A stretch of 32,000 nucleotides of DNA from contig CAKUIA010000010.1 of the NCBI GenBank assembly GCA_934660865.1, forward strand, positions 16,286 through 48,285. The letters are read 5' to 3'. The notes under the pieces were generated by a model. The model made no database searches and had not been told where the DNA came from. It saw only the letters and a program-made list of their open reading frames with translations. The stretch comes from an uncultured Opitutales bacterium (GTDB lineage Bacteria > Verrucomicrobiota > Verrucomicrobiia > Opitutales > Intestinicryptomonadaceae). The position numbers were made by a program, and so were the translations under genes. Below are positions 9,360 to 16,618 of this stretch, piece after piece (position 1 is the stretch's first letter; each line of letters starts with the position of its first letter).

Positions 9360-9401
9360 AAAAAAAGCGGCCGAAAGCAAAAAACTTTCGCCGCTTTTTT
9401 T
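9360..9401. terminator. Bidirectional intrinsic terminator between convergent lpxA and the GT2 gene
   Basis: GC-rich hairpin GCGGC(C)GAAAG-loop-CTTTCGCCGC at 9367-9394. It is flanked by an A-run (9360-9366) and a T-run (9395-9401), so it reads as hairpin plus U-tract on both strands. Confidence 0.72.
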
Positions 9402-9431
9402 GTCGGTTAAAAATTTCGCAGCCTAAAGATA

Positions 9432-10343
9432 CTACAAATTTTGCGTGCTTTCTACTATATAGCGCGGGCGCTGTTTCGATTCCTTGAAAATTCTGCCAAT
9501 ATATTCGCCCAAAACGCCAAGCGCTATAAGCTGAACGCCGCCCAAAAACAGCACCGAAAGCAGGGTGATTTTCGCGTACGAGGCTTCACCGAAAATCAGC
9601 ACGCAAAACGCCGCAAAAAACGATACAAGAGCAATAAAGCAGCCCGCATAGCTCCAAATTCTAAGGGGCAATGTAGAAGCGCTTACTATGCCGTCGAGCG
9701 CGAAATTCCAAAGCTTTAGGTTGTTCCATTTGGATTTGCCGCCGCTGCGCTTGGGTCTTACATATTCTACCGCGCACGATTTAAACCCAACCCAGTTGAA
9801 AAGCCCCTTCATAAAAAGGCCGCGCTCGTTAAGCGACAAAACCGCGTTTATCACCTTCCGCGACATAAGCCTATAGTCGCCCGTGTTGTAGGGAATGGGG
9901 CGCTCGGCAACAAGGTTGTATATTTTGTAGAACCAGCCAGCGGTAAGTTTTCTGAAAAGTCCGTCGCTAGTTCTGTCTTTGCGTACGCCGTAAACTACAT
10001 CGTAGCCGTTTTGCCATTTTTTTATAAATTCTACAATAAGGCTTGGGGGGTCCTGCAAATCGGCGTCGATTGGAATTGCGCAGCTGCCCGAACAGAATTT
10101 TAAGGCCGCCATCATGGCGGCTTCCTTGCCGAAGTTGCGCGAAAAGTTTATTATTTTTATGTCGGGGTTGTTTTTTGCGGCTTCGGCTAAAATTGCGGGG
10201 GTATTGTCGGTGCTGCCGTCGTTTACGCAGATAATTTCGTACGAATAAGATGGAATTTCCGACATTGTTTCCGAAAGCTTTGCAAAGAAAGCGGGCAAAG
10301 TTTCCTGTTCGTTGTAAAGCGGAAGAATTATCGAGATATCCAT
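9432..10343 (-). CDS. GT2-family polyprenyl-phosphate glycosyltransferase (GtrB/ArnC/DPM1-like) with two C-terminal TM helices
   Basis: 'ISIILPLYNE', 'ICVNDGSTDNT', 'SRNFGKEAA', 'PIDADLQDPP' (DxD). C-terminal hydrophobic segments 'IWSYAGCFIALVSFFAAFCVLIF' and 'LLSVLFLGGVQLIALGVLGEYI'. Confidence 0.85.
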   Translation of the reverse strand: MDISIILPLYNEQETLPAFFAKLSETMSEIPSYSYEIICVNDGSTDNTPAILAEAAKNNPDIKIINFSRNFGKEAAMMAALKFCSGSCAIPIDADLQDPPSLIVEFIKKWQNGYDVVYGVRKDRTSDGLFRKLTAGWFYKIYNLVAERPIPYNTGDYRLMSRKVINAVLSLNERGLFMKGLFNWVGFKSCAVEYVRPKRSGGKSKWNNLKLWNFALDGIVSASTLPLRIWSYAGCFIALVSFFAAFCVLIFGEASYAKITLLSVLFLGGVQLIALGVLGEYIGRIFKESKQRPRYIVESTQNL

Positions 10344-10350
10344 TTTTATG

Positions 10351-10848
10351 CTATTTTAAAAGTGTGGGCGAAATCAGGCTTTTTAAGTGCCATACTCCGA
10401 ATTCGTTTTCGTGCGAGGGAAATTCGGCCAATTCGAGATACGCAAAGGTTGCGGGATAAAACCTTACGGCGCACCTGCGGGCCTTGTCGTTTAGCAGCAG
10501 CTGCGAAAGCGACTCCAAATGGGGGTTGTGCCCTACAATCATCAAATCGGCACCCAATGCGGAAAGCGAGGCTATTGCCTTTGCCATTTCGGCGTACGAA
10601 TCGTCGGGCAAAAGCCCCTTTGTTTGCAGTAGCGGAATTTTTATGCCCAGTTTTTCGGCAAAAAGTTTTGCGCTTTGCCTTGCCCTTAAATAGGGGCTAT
10701 GCCATAGCTGGGCGGTGTTTTTAAAAATTTCGGGGTCCAGCAAACTGCAAAGTTTGTCGAGCTGCGCAATGCCGTTTTCGGTAAGCGGCCTGTCGCAATC
10801 GGGCAAAATTTCCCTCGCAATGCTGTGTCGTAGTAAAAAAAGTCTCAT
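10351..10848 (-). CDS. sixA: Phosphohistidine phosphatase SixA (histidine-phosphatase superfamily)
   Basis: 'MRLFLLRHSIA...DRPLTENG', 'SPYLRARQSA', 'MIVGHNPHL'. The size and motif order match SixA. I chose the ATG at 10848 because the longer listed start (10887) lies inside the upstream terminator hairpin. Confidence 0.75.
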   Translation of the reverse strand: MRLFLLRHSIAREILPDCDRPLTENGIAQLDKLCSLLDPEIFKNTAQLWHSPYLRARQSAKLFAEKLGIKIPLLQTKGLLPDDSYAEMAKAIASLSALGADLMIVGHNPHLESLSQLLLNDKARRCAVRFYPATFAYLELAEFPSHENEFGVWHLKSLISPTLLK

Positions 10849-10874
10849 TCGCCTAAAATTAAAGCATACATAAC

Positions 10875-10909
10875 AAAAAAATTCCATACTTTTTTGAAGG
10901 TACGGAATT
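10875..10909 (-). terminator. Intrinsic terminator downstream of the activator gene
   Basis: On the minus strand: AATTCCGTAC (10909-10900), a 10-nt loop, GTATGGAATT (10889-10880, one G-U pair), then TTTTT. It lies 12 nt after the stop at 10921. Confidence 0.6.
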
Positions 10910-10920
10910 TTATTTGTGCA

Positions 10921-12576
10921 TTACGAGTTTAGCGCGTTCGAATTTTTCTTCATCAACATTCTCTTTTTTATAAAGTAGGGCGACGACCTGTTTTTAAACC
11001 ATTCAAGTTTAATGCCGAACTTTTTGATTTTGTAGTTGATAATTCGCTGGGTTATGTTCAGGTGTTTTGCCGCCAGCGAGGCGTTGCCCTTGTGCAGTTT
11101 CAAGGCCTCGGTAATAAGCTCGCGCTCGAACGAATTTACCATGGAGGTAAAGTCGGTTTCGCTTTCGCTGGGAACTTTTGCCGATTCGGTAGACTGCCCC
11201 GTTTGCAGCGACGGCGGCAGATTGTAGCCTAAAATAACCTTGCTTGTTGCCGAAATAACCGCGCGTTCTATGCAGTTTTCAAGCTCCCTTACGTTGCCCG
11301 GCCAGTGGTAGGCCATAAGCATATTTATTGCGGGGGTGGAAATGCGCTCTATTTTTTTGCCGTTTTCGGCCGCGTATTTTTCTATGAAAAATTCGGAAAG
11401 CAAAATTATGTCGCTGCGTCTGTTCCTAAGCGGGGGAATTGTTATTTTAAAGGGCGAAATTTGCGCGTATAAGTCCTCCAAAAACATTCCGTTTTTTACA
11501 AGCTCTTCAAGGTCGTAGCTTGTAGACATTATAATCCTTACATTGGCTCTGCGCTCCTCCGAAGAGCCCAGCCTGCGGTAGCTTTTGTCCTGCAAAAGGG
11601 TTTTCAGTCTCGCCTGGTTTTCCTTCGACAGCTGGCCTATTTCGTCTATGAAAAGCGTGCCCGCTTCGGCCTTTTCTACAAGGCCCTTCTTGCGCGAAGT
11701 AGCCCCCTCGAAAGCCCCTTTTTCGTATCCGAAAAGCTCGGCCGCAAACAGAGTGTCGCTTAGCGCGTACGAGTGCGCCGCGCAGTAGCATTTGTTCCAT
11801 TCGCGCGAGGCCCGCCAAATTGCGCGGCTTATAAGGTCTTTGCCCGTGCCCGATTCGCCGTTTATAAGCACGGGAATGTCGCTGTTGGCGAACTGGTTTA
11901 TGTCTCTGTAGATTTTGCGCATTGCGCTGCAGTTGCCTATAAGGTCGGCGGGGCGCTTGTCGTCCAGCTCCGATTTAAGGCGGTTGTTTTCCTCTATAAG
12001 CTTTTCGCGTTCTTCGTTGTATAAAAACAGCACCGACACGGCTTCGGCAATGATGTTCGAAACGGTTTCAAGCAGGCATAAATCCCTGCCCAAATTTGCG
12101 TTTGCGTCCAGCTTTCTGTCTATGCTCATTGTGCCGATAACTTCGCCCAAGTGCATAATGGGCACGCAGATAAAGGCTATGTTGTGCTTGCCGTCCCTTG
12201 TTTTTGTGCGGTTTAAAAAGTCGGAAGACTCCGCAATATTCGGCACAATTCTCGACTTGCCCGTTTGGGCAACCTTGCCCGTTACGCCTTCGCCTATTCG
12301 GTATATGCCGCGCTTTATTTCCTCTTCGGTCATTCCGTGCGAGGCTTCTATCATCAGAATATCGCCCTGCTTTAGGGTAATTGTTCCCCTTTGCAAATCC
12401 ATTTCGCGGTAGAGAATTTCCAAAACCTCTTTCAGCAAAAGCGAAACGTCTTTTTTTGTGGCAACGGCGTAGCTGATTTTATGCAAAACCTCGACTTCCA
12501 GATTCTTTGTGCGTCTGGAGCTTTCCCATGCCTCTCGCACGGCCTCTACCGAATACATATTGGGGTTTTGTTTCAC
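10921..12576 (-). CDS. GAF-domain, AAA+ sigma-54-type enhancer-binding protein with a Fis-type HTH and a variant GAFEGA loop
   Basis: GAF-like N-terminus ('[19 protein letters not shown]...[19 protein letters not shown]'). Walker A 'GESGTGKD', Walker B 'TLFIDEIG', '[10 protein letters not shown]'. C-terminal HTH '[26 protein letters not shown]'. The listed start at 12576 is GTG; an in-frame ATG lies at 12558. Confidence 0.85.
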   Translation of the reverse strand: MKQNPNMYSVEAVREAWESSRRTKNLEVEVLHKISYAVATKKDVSLLLKEVLEILYREMDLQRGTITLKQGDILMIEASHGMTEEEIKRGIYRIGEGVTGKVAQTGKSRIVPNIAESSDFLNRTKTRDGKHNIAFICVPIMHLGEVIGTMSIDRKLDANANLGRDLCLLETVSNIIAEAVSVLFLYNEEREKLIEENNRLKSELDDKRPADLIGNCSAMRKIYRDINQFANSDIPVLINGESGTGKDLISRAIWRASREWNKCYCAAHSYALSDTLFAAELFGYEKGAFEGATSRKKGLVEKAEAGTLFIDEIGQLSKENQARLKTLLQDKSYRRLGSSEERRANVRIIMSTSYDLEELVKNGMFLEDLYAQISPFKITIPPLRNRRSDIILLSEFFIEKYAAENGKKIERISTPAINMLMAYHWPGNVRELENCIERAVISATSKVILGYNLPPSLQTGQSTESAKVPSESETDFTSMVNSFERELITEALKLHKGNASLAAKHLNITQRIINYKIKKFGIKLEWFKNRSSPYFIKKRMLMKKNSNALNS

Positions 12577-12630
12577 GCGGTAAATATTGCCCGTTTATTT
12601 TTTTCTCTTCAACAAAAAAACTACAATAAT

Positions 12631-12679
12631 GTAAAATTTTACAACATCGAAATATTATCCGATTTAAACAGGTCGGATA
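12631..12679. promoter_or_regulatory. Candidate operator or UTR-structure elements in the divergent activator/transporter intergenic region
   Basis: Perfect 12-bp palindrome GTAAAATTTTAC (12631-12642), and an inverted repeat TATCCGA-N10-TCGGATA (12656-12679) about 40 bp upstream of the transporter ATG. There is no functional evidence, and AT-rich palindromes arise easily by chance. Confidence 0.25.
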
Positions 12680-12717
12680 TTGTTGACGCAGAAAGTCTTT
12701 TTTGCAAAAAAGGGCTA

Positions 12718-14220
12718 ATGTTAAATACGAAAATGAAGAAGGTATTTTTAACAGCTGTTATTTTGGCGGGGTTTGTATGCGCGGCAAACGCGGTAGGGCA
12801 ATTTCCGTTGCCGATATCCGAGTACGGAGCGCAAAGCGAGTGTCTGTGGCGCACATTGGGCGACAGAATAAAAAAAGACCCCTTTAATTTGTGGGCGGCG
12901 CTTATATTCTTTTTGGCGATAGTACACACTTTTATATGCCCCTTTTTCGAGTCGCTGTCGAAAAAGGTGGCGCGCAGGTACTCCAACAAGTTGGAGCCCC
13001 TTATACGCAGCGGCAAGCTGCCCCATAAAAGGCGCGTAAGCCTTTTGGCTACGGCGCTGCACTATATGGGCGAAATAGAAACGGTTTTCGCCATTTGGCT
13101 TATACCGCTTTTTGCCGCCATTGTTTTCTTTAAGGGGCATTCGGCGCTGCTTGAATACCTAAATTCGCTAATGTATACGGAAAAGAAGTTTACGGAGCCC
13201 GCCTTTGTAATTGTTATTATGACCATTTCGGCCACGCGCCCCGTAATAAGGCTGGCCGAAGACTTGATAGGCTTTTTTGCACGTATAGGCTCGGCAACCC
13301 CCGCCGCCTGGTGGTGCGCCATCTTGATAATAGGGCCCCTTTTGGGCTCGTTTATAACCGAGCCTGCGGCGATAACCATTTCGGCAATGCTTTTGCATAA
13401 AAAGATATTCAAGCTAAGGCCGTCGGGGCATTTTAAGTACTACACGCTTGCCGTGCTGCTCGCGTCGATTTCGGTGGGGGGAACCCTTACCCATTTTGCC
13501 GCTCCGCCGGTGTTGATGATTGCCACAAAATGGGATTGGGGCTTTTTGTATATGCTCGAGAACTTCGGGCTAAGCGCGGTTATAGGCATTGTTATTTGCG
13601 TTGTTGTAGGGCGCTTTGCGTTTGCAAAAGACTTTGCCTATATGGCGAAAATGCACAGCGATTTGGATATGGGCAAAAAGCGCGAGTCGGTTACGGTGAA
13701 ATTCATAATGATGGCGCACGTTTTCTTTTTGGCATATTCGGTTATGTTTTTGCACCACATTGTGCTTTTGTGCTTCGGCTTTTTGCTTTTCCTTGCGTTT
13801 GTAGAGGGCACGGCGCAATACCAAAATAAGGTGTCGCTGCGAAGCCCCGTTTTGGTGGGGCTGTTCCTTACGGGGCTGGTTATACACGGCGGTTTGCAGG
13901 CTTGGTGGATAGAGCCTTTGCTGGGCCGCATGGGCAAGGATATGATATTTTTCGGCTCGATGATTTTAAGCGCGTTTAACGACAACGCCGCAATTACATA
14001 TTTGGCCTCGCTTGTTCCGAATCTGTCGGAGACTATGAAGTATATGGTTGTTGCGGGCGCAGTTTCGGGCGGCGGGCTTACCATTATTGCAAACGCGCCC
14101 AATCCCGCGGGCGTGTCGATATTGTCGCCCTGCTTTAAAAACGGCGTTTCGCCGGTTATGCTGCTGCTTTATGCGCTGTTTCCCGCCGCAGTTATGGTGG
14201 GGTGCTTTATGCTGTTTTAG
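12718..14220 (+). CDS. Polytopic inner-membrane transporter, probably ion-transporter (ArsB/NhaD-like, 'putative Na+/H+ antiporter') superfamily
   Basis: At least ten hydrophobic segments. Motifs 'GPLLGSFITEPAA', 'LSAFNDNAAITY' and 'GGGLTIIANAPNPAG' resemble the re-entrant-loop motifs of IT-superfamily permeases. Candidate starts at 12718 and 12733 (MKKVFL...). The substrate cannot be read from the sequence. Confidence 0.6.
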   Translation: MLNTKMKKVFLTAVILAGFVCAANAVGQFPLPISEYGAQSECLWRTLGDRIKKDPFNLWAALIFFLAIVHTFICPFFESLSKKVARRYSNKLEPLIRSGKLPHKRRVSLLATALHYMGEIETVFAIWLIPLFAAIVFFKGHSALLEYLNSLMYTEKKFTEPAFVIVIMTISATRPVIRLAEDLIGFFARIGSATPAAWWCAILIIGPLLGSFITEPAAITISAMLLHKKIFKLRPSGHFKYYTLAVLLASISVGGTLTHFAAPPVLMIATKWDWGFLYMLENFGLSAVIGIVICVVVGRFAFAKDFAYMAKMHSDLDMGKKRESVTVKFIMMAHVFFLAYSVMFLHHIVLLCFGFLLFLAFVEGTAQYQNKVSLRSPVLVGLFLTGLVIHGGLQAWWIEPLLGRMGKDMIFFGSMILSAFNDNAAITYLASLVPNLSETMKYMVVAGAVSGGGLTIIANAPNPAGVSILSPCFKNGVSPVMLLLYALFPAAVMVGCFMLF

Positions 14221-14227
14221 CAAAAGG

Positions 14228-15586
14228 CTACTTTAGCAATACATTGTCGAGATATTTCAGCGCGCCGTCTATGTCGAAGAACTTCCCGTCGAGTTGGGCT
14301 TCGTAGGCGGCGCTTAAAATTTGCGAAAACTTCGGCGAAGGCTTTAGTTTGCGCTCTATAAGGTGCCTTCCCAGCAATATGGGCTTTGGGGCCGAGTCTT
14401 TTATCTTCAGCTCCTCGGCTCTCGACAAAATCCATTCGCCCTGCGGCGAGCTTTCCGTATATTTTTCGGCGCGGCCCTCGCGGTCGGCCTTGTCTATGCG
14501 CACAAGCCTGTCTATGCGGCCCACTTTGTTTGCAAGCCTGCGTATTGCCGAGTCTCCCGCATTCGAGCGCCACAAATCCAAAATAGCCATGTGTCTTTCG
14601 ACCAAAACTTTTACGCCGTCGAGCAAAACTTTTTCGTCGCTAATGCGCCTTAAAAATTTTTCGGCCACGGGGCCTCCCAAAATGTCGTGCCCAAGCGAGC
14701 GTATGCGCCCCGAGGCGTCTTTTTTTGTGCAGAGGGGTTTGCCCATGTCGTGGCATAAAACGGCAAGGCCCACAATGGTGTCCTCCTTTTCGTCTCCAAT
14801 GCGGTCGCGCGCAAAAGAGTCCATGCAAAGCATTGTGTGGGTGTACACATCGCCTTCCGGGTGCCAAACGGGGTCTTGCGGGCAGCCAACCATTGCCGAA
14901 AGCTCGGGGAAATATTTTACCCACTTGCAGTCCCTTAAAAACGCAAGGCCCCTCGAAATTTTTTTGCCCTTTAAAATAAGCTTTTTAAATTCCTGAAAAA
15001 TCCTTTCTTTCGGCAGGTTTTCCATCGGTATTTTCGAGCAAAGCTCCACCGTTTGCGGGGCAACTTCAAAGTCGAAACGCGCGGCAAACTGCATTGCCCT
15101 AAGCACGCGCAGGGGGTCTTCGGCAAACTTGTCGGAGGTGTGCCTTATAATTTTCCCCGCAAGGTCTTTTTGCCCGTCGAAAGGGTCTGTTATTTCGCCG
15201 CTTAAAATGTCGCGCAGCATTGCGTTTATGGTAAAGTCGCGGCGCGAGCACGCCTCTTTCGGCGAAAGGTATGGGTCGCCAATAATGTCGAACGACTTGT
15301 GGCCCAGCCCGTTTTTGCGCTCCTTTCGGGGCATGCTTACGTCTATGTCCAGCCCCTTTAAAATCCACACCCCAAAGCTTTTGCCGACGGCCTCGAAACG
15401 GAATTTTTTAGACAAAATTTCCTCTATCTGCCCGGGGTTTAGGCCGAAAATCTCCACATCGGTATCTTTCGACTTTATCCCCAAAAGCGAGTCTCTTACG
15501 CAGCCGCCCACATAGTAGGCGCGCCCGCCAAAAGCTGCGGCTTGCGTTGCAATATATCGGCACGCGTCTTTGCTACTGAACGTCAT
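14228..15586 (-). CDS. cca: CCA-adding tRNA nucleotidyltransferase with HD phosphohydrolase domain
   Basis: 'YYVGGCVRDSLLGIKSKDTDVEIFG', 'RRDFTINAM', 'DPLRVLRAMQFAARF', HD region 'LAVLCHDMGKP'. Confidence 0.85.
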   Translation of the reverse strand: MTFSSKDACRYIATQAAAFGGRAYYVGGCVRDSLLGIKSKDTDVEIFGLNPGQIEEILSKKFRFEAVGKSFGVWILKGLDIDVSMPRKERKNGLGHKSFDIIGDPYLSPKEACSRRDFTINAMLRDILSGEITDPFDGQKDLAGKIIRHTSDKFAEDPLRVLRAMQFAARFDFEVAPQTVELCSKIPMENLPKERIFQEFKKLILKGKKISRGLAFLRDCKWVKYFPELSAMVGCPQDPVWHPEGDVYTHTMLCMDSFARDRIGDEKEDTIVGLAVLCHDMGKPLCTKKDASGRIRSLGHDILGGPVAEKFLRRISDEKVLLDGVKVLVERHMAILDLWRSNAGDSAIRRLANKVGRIDRLVRIDKADREGRAEKYTESSPQGEWILSRAEELKIKDSAPKPILLGRHLIERKLKPSPKFSQILSAAYEAQLDGKFFDIDGALKYLDNVLLK

Positions 15587-15863
15587 ATACCGTTATTTTT
15601 GCCCGATATTTTTTAAGATAGTCTTGTGCGAATTTAACGTGGATAGGGTCGTTAAGATACTGCGAAAGCGTTTGCTGGTCTTTGCACTGAACGCACAAGG
15701 CGGCGGCGAAAGTGTCGTCTACAACGGGTCTTTCGCTGGCGACGGGGCTTCCGAATGTTACGCTTTCGGCGCATTCGATTTGCTTTAGGGTTTGCAGCCC
15801 CTCCAAAATTTTGGAGGCGTTTTCGCCCGATTTTGTCCTTATTACAACAAAGTGCGTTATCAT
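15573..15863 (-). CDS. Dabb (stress-responsive dimeric alpha/beta-barrel) domain protein
   Basis: 96 aa. 'ITHFVVIRTK', 'VTFGSPV', 'LSQYLNDPIHVKF' fit the Dabb pattern. It begins 5 nt after the ftsZ-like stop and overlaps the cca start by 14 nt. Confidence 0.72.
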   Translation of the reverse strand: MITHFVVIRTKSGENASKILEGLQTLKQIECAESVTFGSPVASERPVVDDTFAAALCVQCKDQQTLSQYLNDPIHVKFAQDYLKKYRAKITVYDVQ

Positions 15864-15868
15864 TTTAC

Positions 15869-16618
15869 TTATACTATAATTTTAAGGTTTCTGCGCAAAT
15901 AGGTGGGTATATCCAAATCTTCGCCGTTGTAGAAATTGCGTTTTGTGTCGCCGAAAAAGCCCCTTTGCTCGGAAAGCGAAACGAAGGGAAATTCGTCTTG
16001 CGCGAGGTTCTCGCCCGAGGCGGCTTTCGGCGTTTGGCTCTTTTGCTCGACGGGCGGAATGTCTTTGGGCTTTGCCCTTGTTATTTTCGACATAAACGAG
16101 GCTTTCCTTACTTCGGGCGCGACTTTTTGCGGGGGTATCGTCTGCACATACTGAAAGGATTTCATTATGTCGTTTTGGCGGAATATTTCGCCCACCGACA
16201 AATCGTTTGGCAGGCAAAGCAGGTTTTCGCAATTCTCCCTAAGGCGGGCAAGAGAGGCTCTAGAATAGTCGTCTATCTTGTTGGCAATGGCGCAAACGGC
16301 CAGGCGCCCTATGTTCATCGTCTTGGCGATTTTTGCGAATGCGGCGGTTAGGTGCGCCGATTTGTCGCCCCCGAATTGCGCCAGCAAAATTATGGTAGAA
16401 TAGCCCTCTATGCTGCGTTTTATCGAGGCTATTTGAAGTTGCGCGGCTTCGGGGTCGGCGCTGATTAGCATTTTTTCGCCTATCGAAACGCTTTCCAAGT
16501 CGGTCTTGTTGGTTGAAACCGCGCAGCACGCCGCGTTTTTGAACGCGCCGAGCTTGAGTTTTGAAGCCAAAAACGAGCCGCCTTTGCCCACGCCTATAAT
16601 CTTTATGTTTGCCGCCAT
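15869..16618 (-). CDS. ftsZ: Truncated, highly divergent FtsZ homologue (N-terminal tubulin/FtsZ domain only, disordered linker, conserved FtsA-binding C-terminal peptide)
   Basis: Canonical position after ftsA, with a TAATG stop/start overlap at 16618; the listed 16633 start is TTG. It aligns by eye to the FtsZ N-domain: 'IKIIGVGKGGSF' against IKVIGVGGGGGN, 'AVSTN' against AVNTD, 'LCLPND' against ITIPND, 'NDIMKSFQYV' against H7 NDVLKGAVQG. The C-terminal 'DLDIPTYLRR' matches the FtsZ CTP (DIPAFLR). The G-box is degenerate and the T7 loop and C-terminal subdomain are absent. Confidence 0.78.
   Translation of the reverse strand: MAANIKIIGVGKGGSFLASKLKLGAFKNAACCAVSTNKTDLESVSIGEKMLISADPEAAQLQIASIKRSIEGYSTIILLAQFGGDKSAHLTAAFAKIAKTMNIGRLAVCAIANKIDDYSRASLARLRENCENLLCLPNDLSVGEIFRQNDIMKSFQYVQTIPPQKVAPEVRKASFMSKITRAKPKDIPPVEQKSQTPKAASGENLAQDEFPFVSLSEQRGFFGDTKRNFYNGEDLDIPTYLRRNLKIIV

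Noticed and set aside
12391-12717. The 5' extension of the transporter ORF; the listed 609-aa ORF starts at 12391.
   Set aside because: The first roughly 62 codons are antisense to the activator gene's 5' end (up to 12576), and the rest cross the AT-rich intergenic region. The hydrophobic signal-like N-terminus and a GGG just upstream favour the ATG at 12718 (or 12733).
12577-12717. A search for a sigma-54 -24/-12 promoter (TGGCAC-N5-TTGC) next to the enhancer-binding protein.
   Set aside because: The two TTGC occurrences (12587 and 12702) have no GG at the required 12-nt upstream register, and the GG dinucleotides at 12671 and 12675 have no GC at the right spacing. I could not support a site on the plus strand; I did not scan the minus strand.
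14218-14230. A possible terminator between the convergent transporter and cca genes.
   Set aside because: Only 7 bp separate the two stop codons, and I could not find a convincing GC-rich hairpin with a U-tract in the flanking gene ends. No feature was called.
15755-16351. Alternative-frame and antisense ORFs over the ftsZ-like gene (198 aa on the plus strand at 15755-16351; 116 aa on the minus strand at 15882-16232). I examined them as possible hiding places for the missing FtsZ C-terminal domain after a frameshift.
   Set aside because: Neither translation shows any FtsZ C-terminal-domain or T7-loop similarity (no NxDxxD, no 'GxxxxxITGG'-type segments); both are Arg-rich junk. The annotated frame runs uninterrupted to a bona fide FtsZ C-terminal peptide, so a simple frameshift does not explain the truncation.
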